DNA from: a virus
Lineage: Duplodnaviria > Caudoviricetes
Strand: one strand, 5' to 3'
IMG/VR virus record: IMGVR_UViG_3300033149_002739
Span: 1 to 27,036 of that record
DNA: 27,036 nt
Of this stretch, positions 16,103-24,931 are shown piece after piece. Every line of letters begins with the position of its first letter. The stretch's first letter is position 1. The notes under the pieces are model-generated. The model was not told the origin of the DNA and did not search any database. It saw only the letters and a list, made by a program, of their open reading frames with translations. The position numbers and the translations under genes were made by a program.

Positions 16103-18176
16103 CGCGTAGCCCCGCCACGCCATCGCTCTTCTCGACAAACAGCACCGAGTCGAACCCCACCGCGTTCCTCACGGAGAGGTCGTGCGTCGTCACGTAGACG
16201 CACATACCGCTGTCCGCGCGCTTCCGCAGCATGTCCAGAAACTGCCGACTACCTGCCGGGCTCAGACCGTCCGTGATCTCGTCGCACACGAGCAGGTTGC
16301 ACGAGAGACCACTGAGAGACTGCAGGAGGTCAGCGAGCGCGAGGTACACCGCGAGGTCGATGCGCCGTTGCTCACCACCGCTCGACATCTCGTACGACCC
16401 GCCGTCTGTGCGCAGAGCAGCACGGAGGCGCGAGCCCTTCCCGCGTTTCTCCTGATACAGCTCGACACCGATGGCGCCGCCTGACAACTCCTCCATGTAC
16501 TCGGAGATGCGCGCATTCGTGTAGGTGATGAGCCCCGACACAGCAGACGCGCGCAGCTGCGGAACCGACGAGCGCCAGAACTCATAGTACCGCAGCCCAT
16601 CCTCCGCGTCAGTGAGCGCCTTCTCAGCCGCGGGAACGGTACCATCCCTCAGCTCAGCTATAAGCGCGTCGTTCGCCTCCATCGTTGCCTTCAACGATGT
16701 GCGCTTCTCCTCATGGGCGCGAACCGACTCGCGAAGCTGGTCCTTCTTGAGCTGTAGCTGCGTGAGCTGCCCTTCCGACTGCGTCGTGATCGCGCGCAGC
16801 TGCGCGTCGAACTGAGCGTTGTCCTTCTCACGCTGGTTGACAGATGCTCGCACGAGGTCAAAGGCAATCTCGCGCTTGCGTTGCAGGTCGCGCACGATGG
16901 TCCGGTTCGCTTCAAGCTTGTGATCCGCATCCGCACAGCCGAGCTGCAGCTCTTCGACGATTTCGACAACGTCGCGACGTGCGCTTTCAAAGCCCTGCTG
17001 GCGCCGGTCACAGCGCTTCGACTCTGTGATGTGCTCCAGCGAAGCGTCCTGCTTCTGTGTCGCGATGTCGGAGACGCACCTCTCTACATGATCCCCCGTA
17101 ATGGGCTGCAGACACGTCGGGCACATACCCGATAGGTGACGCAGGCTGTCGACCTGCACGTCGAGCTTTCTCTGCGTCGTCTCGAACTGCGTCCACAACG
17201 CCTGCGTCTCTGCACTGAACTGCGCGATGGTCACGTCCATGCTCTGCAGCTTGTTGCGCGCCTTGTCAAAGCGCTCCCGCGCGGTCCTCCCCATCCCTGT
17301 CAACGCGTCGATGTCGTCAGACGCTACAGCGAGCGCAGCATCAGCATCCGCAAGCGTCTTATCGTATCTCGCGCGCGCCGCCTCACGCGTGCGCGCCGTG
17401 CTCTTCTGCTGCTTCTCAATGTCCGCGCTCGCGTTCTTCAGTCGCGCCTCTATGCGCTTGATCTCGATGTCGACGTTGCCGATGCTGCTCTCAACCGCAG
17501 CAATACTGCCTTCCATTCTAAGCTGTTCGATCGCGTCGGCTACTTGATGGCGCTGACCTTCAAGCGCACCGAGATGTGACCGCAGCGTCCCGACTGTCGT
17601 GCGCTTGTCGATGACTTCGCTCTCGCCGTCACGATAGCGCTGCCGTGCCCGCTCCTGCGCGAGGTCGTAAAGATCGACCCCGGAGACGCGGCATAGCATC
17701 TCCTGCTTCTCTCGCTCGGGAAGAGCGAGGAAGCGATGCGGCATGCCCTGCCCTACCATCACAGCATGCCGCAACGCCGACTCACCCACCGGCAAGAGCC
17801 GGTCTATCAGCTGTTGCGTCTCCTTCGTCGTGTGCGGAGTCACGTTCGTGCCATCCGTCTCGACCTCGACGCAGTTCCCCTTCTGCCCGTGCCCCCGGTA
17901 GCGCGTGATGACGACCGGGCCTGAGCCGTTCTCGATCTCGATGCTCACGCTGCAGTCCGAACCGGCGGCCCTGTTGATAACGTCGTCCGCGAGCCCACGC
18001 GTCGTGCCGAACATCGCCCACATGATAGCGTCGAAGATGGCCGACTTGCCCACCCCGTTCGCGTCGCCATTCATGTCGAGGTTCCGGCCAGTGACGAGGT
18101 GCAACCCCGGCGCAAAGTCGATGTTGACCTCCCCGAGGCTGAGGAAGTTGCGGATGTTCACGCGCGTGAAGTTCAT
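16086..18176 (-). CDS. sbcC: SbcC/Rad50 (T4 gp46-like) SMC ATPase
   Basis: IRNFLS, Walker A NGVGKS, Q-loop VGQG, coiled coil with CPTC zinc hook, signature SSGGE, Walker B/D-loop CDEITDGL, TTH. ATG at 18176 in ATGA overlap. Confidence 0.93.
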   Translation of the reverse strand: MNFTRVNIRNFLSLGEVNIDFAPGLHLVTGRNLDMNGDANGVGKSAIFDAIMWAMFGTTRGLADDVINRAAGSDCSVSIEIENGSGPVVITRYRGHGQKGNCVEVETDGTNVTPHTTKETQQLIDRLLPVGESALRHAVMVGQGMPHRFLALPEREKQEMLCRVSGVDLYDLAQERARQRYRDGESEVIDKRTTVGTLRSHLGALEGQRHQVADAIEQLRMEGSIAAVESSIGNVDIEIKRIEARLKNASADIEKQQKSTARTREAARARYDKTLADADAALAVASDDIDALTGMGRTARERFDKARNKLQSMDVTIAQFSAETQALWTQFETTQRKLDVQVDSLRHLSGMCPTCLQPITGDHVERCVSDIATQKQDASLEHITESKRCDRRQQGFESARRDVVEIVEELQLGCADADHKLEANRTIVRDLQRKREIAFDLVRASVNQREKDNAQFDAQLRAITTQSEGQLTQLQLKKDQLRESVRAHEEKRTSLKATMEANDALIAELRDGTVPAAEKALTDAEDGLRYYEFWRSSVPQLRASAVSGLITYTNARISEYMEELSGGAIGVELYQEKRGKGSRLRAALRTDGGSYEMSSGGEQRRIDLAVYLALADLLQSLSGLSCNLLVCDEITDGLSPAGSRQFLDMLRKRADSGMCVYVTTHDLSVRNAVGFDSVLFVEKSDGVAGLRDVPSW

Positions 18177-18769
18177 TCGACGATTTCCTTGCTCCAGAGC
18201 CAGCGACCGCGCAGCTCCATCTCCCAAAGGTGGCGCGCTTTGGCTTCAAGCTCCGGTAGCGTGCCGACGTTCTCGATGTCGTAGTCCCAAGCGTAGCTCA
18301 CGAGGTGCTTGTCCGACTTGTGTGCTATCTGGTTCGGACGCCTCACGCGGAGGAGCACACCACCACCCGCACGCACAGAGCCCGCCTCGTTCGGGAACCG
18401 CACATCCGGAATGATGAGCAGCTCAGCCTCGTACTGCGCCGCGATGGCGTAGACGCCGTCCACCCACGTCAACGGGTAGATTTCGCGGACCTTGTTCCCG
18501 AGCGCTATCCAGAGGTCGACCGGCGAGAGACCGATGATCGGTAGCGCCTTCGCGCGCACCTCCTCAAACAGCCCGCCGCGTTCGTACACCTCCCCGCGCT
18601 GCAGCCCGTAATGCTGGAAGACCGTGTGAGCCGTCTCCTTCAGGAGCCACGCGAGCGAGATGACCTGCGTCTTGATCCCGTCCTGCTGCGCACACAACGC
18701 AAGCTCGCGAGCAACGCTGTCCTTCCCGACGCGGCTGCTGTGGCCGATGCCTATCAGCTTCAGGCTCAT
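18173..18769 (-). CDS. Deoxynucleoside monophosphate kinase (T4 gp1-like)
   Basis: LIGIG..RVGKDSV P-loop, SLA..LKE, IIPDVRFPNE, H.SD, IENVGT. ATG at 18769. Confidence 0.88.
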   Translation of the reverse strand: MSLKLIGIGHSSRVGKDSVARELALCAQQDGIKTQVISLAWLLKETAHTVFQHYGLQRGEVYERGGLFEEVRAKALPIIGLSPVDLWIALGNKVREIYPLTWVDGVYAIAAQYEAELLIIPDVRFPNEAGSVRAGGGVLLRVRRPNQIAHKSDKHLVSYAWDYDIENVGTLPELEAKARHLWEMELRGRWLWSKEIVE

Positions 18770-18999
18770 AGCAGACCCTCGTACTTGTCCCGCATGTTGA
18801 CGACCGCCTCGCGCTGCGCAGGCGTGAACGGGATGCATCTGTCGAGGTTGGAGTCGATAAAGTCCGCCTCCCAGTCCGTCACGTCGAGGTTCGCTCCGTC
18901 AAGCTCCTGAATGAACTCAAGGCGCTCCACGTCGTAACGGTCCATATCGCGGTGCTTCGTAGGTGTGCCCTGCGTCCCGAGCGCGTTGATATCGACCAC
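18766..18999 (-). CDS. Small hypothetical phage protein
   Basis: GTG at 18999 after GGAGG. VTDWEADFIDS...FTPAQRE pattern. 77 aa. Confidence 0.6.
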   Translation of the reverse strand: MVDINALGTQGTPTKHRDMDRYDVERLEFIQELDGANLDVTDWEADFIDSNLDRCIPFTPAQREAVVNMRDKYEGLL

Positions 19000-19001
19000 G
19001 C

Positions 19002-19289
19002 CTACCCCTCCACCCTGAAGCCCTCGGGCGGCTCGTACAGCGGCACCCGCGGCAGCTCCTCTTCCTTGTACTCCAAGTCTATGAAGTAGACTTCGGCACA
19101 AGGCTCATCCAGCGTAATCGTCATCGGCTGCACCTCGCATAGCTCCTTAGCCGACAGCATCGGGAGCGAAAGCCGAAGCTGAAATACGGACGGGAACCGG
19201 AAGTAGCGACGCGGGAACGTGACCGGCCACAACACCGCCCCGAAGATGAGCAGCGACGCGATCAGACAGATGCCGGAGAGAAGAGTCAT
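19002..19289 (-). CDS. Small protein with N-terminal transmembrane helix
   Basis: LLSGICLIASLLIFGAVLW hydrophobic stretch. ATGA overlap. Confidence 0.6.
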   Translation of the reverse strand: MTLLSGICLIASLLIFGAVLWPVTFPRRYFRFPSVFQLRLSLPMLSAKELCEVQPMTITLDEPCAEVYFIDLEYKEEELPRVPLYEPPEGFRVEG

Positions 19290-19609
19290 CTTGAGACCGT
19301 AATAACCTTGCGCTTGTCGTTGTACTCACCGATGTCGAGAAGGCGACAGACCAGCTCGGCTTCCTTGAACACGAGCGTCTTGTCACGCTGCGCCCCGCGA
19401 AGGCGCACGATACACTTGCCCGGGATCAGCCCTTTTCCCTGCCGACGCTGCCGCCATTTGAACACCTTGACGGAGAACGTAACGAAACGCGAAGCGTCCG
19501 ACGGCGAGCTTGAGGAAGTCTGAATCTGCCGACCGTGCGCACACATACCGTCGTAGTCGTGGTAACCGTCCTTCGGTTTGAACTTCTTCCGTAACCCGCA
19601 TACCTTCAT
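19286..19609 (-). CDS. Small basic hypothetical protein
   Basis: ATG at 19609 in ATGA overlap with the sbcD stop. 107 aa. Confidence 0.65.
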   Translation of the reverse strand: MKVCGLRKKFKPKDGYHDYDGMCAHGRQIQTSSSSPSDASRFVTFSVKVFKWRQRRQGKGLIPGKCIVRLRGAQRDKTLVFKEAELVCRLLDIGEYNDKRKVITVSR

Positions 19610-20610
19610 AGCCCGAATACCTCCTGCCCAACCTTGCACAAGCGGCTCAAGTCGAACCCCTGCACATCCTTCACAGCCTCGTCAATCGCCTCCTGAGCGC
19701 TCGACGTTAGCTTGATGTCCATCTCCTCAAGCCGTCGCGCGACGACCGTGTCTGACGGGCTCACGCGGCACCACATGAGCTTCTCGCGGTACTCCTCGAC
19801 CACGGGTATGAGGTGCCTCGGGCACGTTATCCGCACCTTCGTCTCCGGGTGCAGCTTCTCCAGCCGCGTGCGCAGCTCGTTCTCGCTGTCGGTCTCGATC
19901 CGCGCGAGCTGGAACGTGTGTGCGTTAGGGATCTGCGCGAGCTGCCCGTCTTCCCACAAGGCAAAACCACGCGCGATGTTCGACCGAGCGTCAGAGAAGT
20001 TCATGAAGAGCGGAGACCCGACGCAGTAGAGCGGCGGGCGGTACTGCGGGGTGTGGTAGTGCCCGTTCAGGATCGTGACACCCGGATGGACCTCCGCCCA
20101 CTCCTCGACCGTGATGCCAGCCTCTGAAGAACATGTCGGCGTCAACCGCGGGCCGACCCACTCAATGTGCCCGACGGCGAGGTCGAGAGAGCCGAGAGTC
20201 GGGAGCGCCTTGCGCACCTCGTCGGCGTCCTTCTCGTAGGGTAGCACCCCAAGGCGCAGCGTCCCGATCACCACCCGTTGCGGACGCAGAACCACGCGCG
20301 TCCGCGTCGTCTCGAACACGGAGATCGCAGACAGGTCAGGCCCGCCGACGTCATGGTTCCCGAGCAGCACGATGTGCTTCGCGTCCGGCTTCATGACCGA
20401 TTCGATACGCCGCATCAGCTCGTGCGCGAAGACCAGCTCGCGAGCGCCGATGATCCCGAACGTGTTGAAGGTGTCCCCAAGGTTGACGATGACGTCGGGA
20501 CGCCGGTCGCGTATCTCTCCGATGAGCGCGTCGACCGTCTTCTGCAGGTATTCCATGTAGTCGGCGTGCTGGAAGTTGATGTGCAGGTCGCCGTACGCAA
20601 GAAGCTTCAT
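19606..20610 (-). CDS. sbcD: SbcD/Mre11 (T4 gp47-like) metallophosphoesterase nuclease
   Basis: GDLH, LGDTF, LGNHD, VGH, NGHYH, VGSP....FSD. ATG at 20610. Confidence 0.92.
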   Translation of the reverse strand: MKLLAYGDLHINFQHADYMEYLQKTVDALIGEIRDRRPDVIVNLGDTFNTFGIIGARELVFAHELMRRIESVMKPDAKHIVLLGNHDVGGPDLSAISVFETTRTRVVLRPQRVVIGTLRLGVLPYEKDADEVRKALPTLGSLDLAVGHIEWVGPRLTPTCSSEAGITVEEWAEVHPGVTILNGHYHTPQYRPPLYCVGSPLFMNFSDARSNIARGFALWEDGQLAQIPNAHTFQLARIETDSENELRTRLEKLHPETKVRITCPRHLIPVVEEYREKLMWCRVSPSDTVVARRLEEMDIKLTSSAQEAIDEAVKDVQGFDLSRLCKVGQEVFGL

Positions 20611-21647
20611 GTCAGGTACCGCAAGGGTTCGATAGTGGAGCCCCAATGCTCCGTGGCCTTCGCCGCTTCCATGATGTGGAAGTGCTGCAGCATCTTCATG
20701 ACGTCGGACGCTGGCGCCGTGACGACAGCCGACGTCGTTGACTCCTCAGATGTGTAATCGGCCAAAAGGCCCTTCTCCCGCACCGAAAACTCCTCGCGGC
20801 GGAGGTCGATCAGGTTGACATTGCGTTGCATGACACCCGAACCGCGACACGCATCCGCAAGGCGTTCGTAGTGCCGACGGTTGCGCACGTCAAAGCTGGC
20901 GAGCAGCTCGCACACCTCGATGACACGTCCGAACAGCCCGCTCCATTCCCCGTCGTGTGTTGGCAAGGTCATCACGTCGACACCCTCCGCGCGGAGGATC
21001 GCGTCGAGAATCGCCATCACCCTGTTGACCGTGCGCTCTCCTGCTGCGCCGGGAATGCAATCCACGGCGTCCCCGGTCGCGATCAGGCGGAGCAGCTGAA
21101 TGCAGCGTCCCACACCGAACATCTCGTGAAAGTTGTCGTAGGTGACGACGTCGCCCTTCATGGGCCGGCACACTGACACCTTCGGCGTGACGAGCTGCAG
21201 CATATCCTTGTCATCGCTGACAACGTACACGTCGGCCCCCGTGATCGTCTCCGTCATGACACGGATGACATCGTCACCCTCACGGTTCGCGAGACGTACC
21301 TGCCAGACGCCCATCAAAGGCAGCAGCTGCCAGACCCACTTCTCCTGCTCCATGAACATCTTGCGATGCGACTCGTACAGCACCCGCTGCTTCGTCGTCT
21401 TCCCGCCGTCACGCACCTTGTAACCCGGCAGGATCTTCTGCCGGCGAACGCTGTGGACGCCATCCCACACCATGATGACGCGCGTAAAGCCGTGCTTCTG
21501 GATGCTGTTGCGCAGCATCATGAAGGTGCCGAGCACGCCGCCCGTATGCACGCCTGCGCTCGTCTTCATCTCCTGGTACACCGTCGTGTGGAGCGCGCGG
21601 TGCAGCATGTAGTTGCCGTCCACGAGCCCCAGCTGCAGACGCGGCAT
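20607..21647 (-). CDS. 5'-3' exonuclease (Pol I 5' nuclease / T4 RNase H / FEN family)
   Basis: LVDGNYMLHRA, VWDG, R....YK..., EGDDVI, VSDDKDMLQL, GDAVDCIPG. ATG at 21647 in TGATG overlap. Confidence 0.92.
   Translation of the reverse strand: MPRLQLGLVDGNYMLHRALHTTVYQEMKTSAGVHTGGVLGTFMMLRNSIQKHGFTRVIMVWDGVHSVRRQKILPGYKVRDGGKTTKQRVLYESHRKMFMEQEKWVWQLLPLMGVWQVRLANREGDDVIRVMTETITGADVYVVSDDKDMLQLVTPKVSVCRPMKGDVVTYDNFHEMFGVGRCIQLLRLIATGDAVDCIPGAAGERTVNRVMAILDAILRAEGVDVMTLPTHDGEWSGLFGRVIEVCELLASFDVRNRRHYERLADACRGSGVMQRNVNLIDLRREEFSVREKGLLADYTSEESTTSAVVTAPASDVMKMLQHFHIMEAAKATEHWGSTIEPLRYLT
20754..20781 (-). promoter_or_regulatory. Bipartite motif copy 3 (GCGG-N14-GGCCGATTAC), intragenic
   Basis: Minus strand tGCGG gagaagggcctttt GGCCGATTAC in the 3' end of the exonuclease gene, about 144 nt upstream of sbcD. 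Confidence 0.6.
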
Positions 21648-23686
21648 CACTTCTCCCTGTGATACTTCAAGAACGGGCCAACCTCGCCGACGTTGCGCGT
21701 CCGGCGGCACGGAGGAAGCGACCGCATGATGAGACCACCGTAAGGCTTGTCAAAGAGACGCCGGTCGAGCACGACGACGACGCCATAATCCCGCTGTGAG
21801 CGAATCAGCCGTCCGAAGCCCTGCTTGAAGATCATCGTCGCCCGCGGGATAAAGTCCGTCATGAAGCTGTTAGGCCGGATCTCCTTCAACGCGTCCATAA
21901 CCGGTTCCGACGGGCTCGGGAAGGGAAGCTTGTCGATGACAAGAGCAGTAAGGCTCTCCCCCTGCACGTCCACTCCCGTCCACATCGACATCGTCCCGAG
22001 CAGGCTCGTCGTCAGCTCGTCGCGGAACTGTCTGACCATCTTCGTCCGCGGCGCGTCCCCCTGATAGAGCACCTTCCGGCCGTTGCTGTCCTTCACGGTC
22101 TCGCGCATCGCGTCGAGATTCCGATAGCTCGTGAAGAGACCAAGCACGCGCCCGTCTGCCGCCTCGATCAGCTCGTTGACGTGCCACGCGACCTCATCGC
22201 AGAAGCCCTTGTCTCTCGGAGTGTTCTCCATCTCCGGGCAGACGAACAACGCTTGACGCGAGAAGTCAAACGGCGAGTCAAGCTCAAGCGTCTTGCCACC
22301 CTCGTACCCGATCTCCCGCTCGATGAAGTCGAAGTTACCGCCAGTGCTCAGCGTTGCGCTCGTGATGACGACGCTCTGCGGCGTGTCAGGAAACCCTTTG
22401 TGTAGAGACTCTGCGGACACGCTCCTGAAGAGAAACTGCCGAAGATGCGCAGAGACGTCGACCGGCTTCGCGCACAACCTCGTACCCTTCCCGCGTCCGT
22501 GCTTCTCCTCCAACCAGTAGACGACATTCGGATCACCTACGAGGTGGTAAGCGTCCGACAGGCGCATGACGAGGTTCCCCGCCATCGATATGACGCTGTT
22601 GTAGAGCGCCTTCATCTTCTCGCCGCCTGCGGCACGCGAGAGCTTGAGAAGGAAGACCTTCGCCGCCTCAATCGCGTTGGCGAGGGGCTCAGGATCGAAC
22701 AGACCCTTACGACGCATGCGGATGCCGTCGTAGTAGATGCGTTCGGGGTCCGTACGTAGCTTGTCAAACACCTGAAAGAGCTTCCGGTGTTCGGCGTCGA
22801 CCTCCTGCGCTACACGAAAAAAGACTTGTCCCCGGTCCCTGTCGTCCTTGCTATCGCTGTCGGCGAGCCGATCACCTTCTTCCTCCAGAAGGTTGACGAT
22901 GTGGCGCGGCGCGTAGTCCGTGACCTGCCACCCGAGGAAGGACCGCGCGATGTTAGGAATTTCGTGCGCCTCGTCACATATGAGGTACTGCAGGTCCGGG
23001 AAGATGCAATGCCTACCCGTCGCGTGCAACAGAGCCACATGTGCGAAGAGAAGGTGGTAGTTCGTGACGACGATGTTCGCTTCATTCGCCGTCGCGCGGG
23101 CACGCAGGAAGTAGCACGTGAATCCATCACAGCTATCGCCAGCACACTCCTCCGTGTCCCCGCACACGTGCATCCACACATCGCCGTCGGGATTGAAGTC
23201 CAGCTCGCTTTTGTCTCCCGTCACCGTCTTCTTGGCCCATGCCTGAATGTCGGTGAGCTGCTTTCGCTTCCACGTGGGGAGATTGACGGACCTTGACTCG
23301 ACCTTGGCAGAGAACTTCCCGAGCCGGCGTGTGCAGAGGTAGTTGCCCTTCCCCTTGAGCAGCGCAAAGGTGAAGTACGCGTCGTCGGCGAGAAGCCCCT
23401 GCAAGAAGGGGAGGTCTTTCGACGCGAGCTGTTCCTGTAGGGCGATGTTCGCCGTCGCGACGATGACCTGCACCTTCGCTGCCAGTGCCTTCTGTACCGC
23501 AGGCACGAGGTATGCGAAGCTCTTCCCCGTGCCGCACGGGGCTTCGACGATCAGATGCTCCTTCGCACCGAAAGCGGCCTCGACGGCGTTCGCCATGTCG
23601 GTCTGCATCGACCGGGGCTCATAACCCTCGAACTGCGCAGCGAGCAACCCATCGTCACCAAAGACCAGGTCCGTGAACTCGCTCAA
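21647..23686 (-). CDS. dinG: DinG/YoaA-family ATP-dependent Fe-S helicase
   Basis: Q motif R.MQ, APCGTGKS, LQEQL..KD, KGKGNYLC and further Fe-S Cys, CDEAH, TSAT, LFTSY, WTGVDV, KLPF, KQGFGRLIR. Confidence 0.93.
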   Translation of the reverse strand: MSEFTDLVFGDDGLLAAQFEGYEPRSMQTDMANAVEAAFGAKEHLIVEAPCGTGKSFAYLVPAVQKALAAKVQVIVATANIALQEQLASKDLPFLQGLLADDAYFTFALLKGKGNYLCTRRLGKFSAKVESRSVNLPTWKRKQLTDIQAWAKKTVTGDKSELDFNPDGDVWMHVCGDTEECAGDSCDGFTCYFLRARATANEANIVVTNYHLLFAHVALLHATGRHCIFPDLQYLICDEAHEIPNIARSFLGWQVTDYAPRHIVNLLEEEGDRLADSDSKDDRDRGQVFFRVAQEVDAEHRKLFQVFDKLRTDPERIYYDGIRMRRKGLFDPEPLANAIEAAKVFLLKLSRAAGGEKMKALYNSVISMAGNLVMRLSDAYHLVGDPNVVYWLEEKHGRGKGTRLCAKPVDVSAHLRQFLFRSVSAESLHKGFPDTPQSVVITSATLSTGGNFDFIEREIGYEGGKTLELDSPFDFSRQALFVCPEMENTPRDKGFCDEVAWHVNELIEAADGRVLGLFTSYRNLDAMRETVKDSNGRKVLYQGDAPRTKMVRQFRDELTTSLLGTMSMWTGVDVQGESLTALVIDKLPFPSPSEPVMDALKEIRPNSFMTDFIPRATMIFKQGFGRLIRSQRDYGVVVVLDRRLFDKPYGGLIMRSLPPCRRTRNVGEVGPFLKYHREK

Positions 23687-23687
23687 T

Positions 23688-24020
23688 TTACACCTTACGC
23701 TTGCACTTTCTGATTCCGGACACGATGGGTGCGTACAGCGCCGGCTTCAGCTCTTTACCGGTCTTCCCCGTGCGCGGAACGCTCACGAGCATCCGGTCCC
23801 GAGTTGAGCGTGAGCTGTCATACCGGCACAAGTAGTTTGCCACGCGAATACGCTTGTGATCGCATCTGCGGTCAAGCGGCGCGCCCTTCGGCAGTAGCAA
23901 CAGCACCGTCCCCGTCTTACGAGCAGCGTAGCCTCCGGCCTGACTGGTCCAAAAGACGAGGTCGCCGACCTTGAAATCATCCAACGAGGACTTCCGTACG
24001 CCCTTGCCGCCCATCCTCAT
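23688..24020 (-). CDS. Small basic phage protein (KVGD.V.WTSQAGG type, SH3-like)
   Basis: 110 aa, abuts the dinG start. Similar to the N-terminus of 2618-3301. Confidence 0.7.
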   Translation of the reverse strand: MRMGGKGVRKSSLDDFKVGDLVFWTSQAGGYAARKTGTVLLLLPKGAPLDRRCDHKRIRVANYLCRYDSSRSTRDRMLVSVPRTGKTGKELKPALYAPIVSGIRKCKRKV

Positions 24021-24037
24021 TCCTTCCCATGCAGACC

Positions 24038-24088
24038 GATACCCTTCGCAACGCCCACCTAAGTAGACGATGCGAAGGGCACAGTATC
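24038..24088 (-). promoter_or_regulatory. Long intergenic RNA stem-loop
   Basis: Minus strand gatac(tgtgc)ccttcgca t cgtctac-ttag-gtgggcg t tgcgaagg gtatc, about 20 bp. The G-U pairs form only on the minus-strand RNA. Confidence 0.7.
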
Positions 24089-24101
24089 AAGAGCTTTACG
24101 A

Positions 24102-24836
24102 TCAGTTGAGGTTGAGAATCAGATCCCGCGCCTCGCCGAGCAGCTGAAGCTGCCGACCCGGCTTGTAGCACTTGCCGATCTCGGTGACGGCGTTGTACAG
24201 CCCCCAACCGTTGCGCTCTTCCGTCCACACCTCGTGACGGGGCTCCCGCCACTCCTTCAGGATGCTGCCGACGCGCGACCAGCCCGCGGACGTATCCTCG
24301 CCGAGTCCGACGACGAAGCGGTTGAGCTTCGGCTCGTCGATCTCGACCGCGCGCAGCTGGTTCGTGACGATCGCGAGGTTGTTAGCCCGCATCGCCCACG
24401 TGTTGACCGCCAGCTGAGCCATCTCGTTGATGTTGACGCCCGACGTGTGCTTGCGCTTGATGACGTACTCTCCAGCGACGACGCCGTTGTCGCAGACGAA
24501 CACGCGCCCGCCGACCACGACGATGTGAGCGTGAAGGCAGCGGTTCGAGTGCCGGATGCCGAAGGCCGGCGCGAGCCCACCGGGTATGTCCTGAAACGAC
24601 TGCGGCGCCTTCATGATGAACACACCGAACAGGTCTTCGTCGTTCGGGCCGGCGACTCCGAAGCGCTCCTCCTCGACCTTCAGGCCGAAGCCTTCGAGGC
24701 TCCGCGAGAGGGCGTCGACCCACTCGCCATGCTGCGTACCCTTCCACCGATCCGAGACCTTCTCCGGCCTGATGACCGGGATCTCCCGAAGCTCTTCACG
24801 AGTCACAGCCTTCGCACCACAGTGAAGCATGAGCAT
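24102..24836 (-). CDS. DUF932/DUF945-like phage/plasmid protein
   Basis: LHCGA..V.REEL..IP, H, GIRHSN, G.RVFVCDNG, RKHT and W.LYNAVTE match this family. GGAGG SD. Confidence 0.8.
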   Translation of the reverse strand: MLMLHCGAKAVTREELREIPVIRPEKVSDRWKGTQHGEWVDALSRSLEGFGLKVEEERFGVAGPNDEDLFGVFIMKAPQSFQDIPGGLAPAFGIRHSNRCLHAHIVVVGGRVFVCDNGVVAGEYVIKRKHTSGVNINEMAQLAVNTWAMRANNLAIVTNQLRAVEIDEPKLNRFVVGLGEDTSAGWSRVGSILKEWREPRHEVWTEERNGWGLYNAVTEIGKCYKPGRQLQLLGEARDLILNLN

Positions 24837-24871
24837 GTTGCGCCCTCCATGTTGAGTTTTGCTCTACACGA

Positions 24872-24900
24872 AGCTTACAACATACATGCGATGTGAGCAA
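24872..24900 (-). promoter_or_regulatory. Sigma70-type promoter TTGCTC-N17-TAAGCT
   Basis: Conserved -12T/-11A/-7T, TTG at -35, 17-nt spacer, T-rich upstream tract. Lies in the most AT-rich intergenic gap of the window. Confidence 0.65.
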
Positions 24901-24931
24901 CAAGAAAACTCTCGAAATTGTACGCGGTACG

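Noticed and set aside
21647-23686. DinG as a type IV CRISPR or defence-system component
   Set aside because: No csf/cas genes or array. Neighbours are recombination and replication genes.
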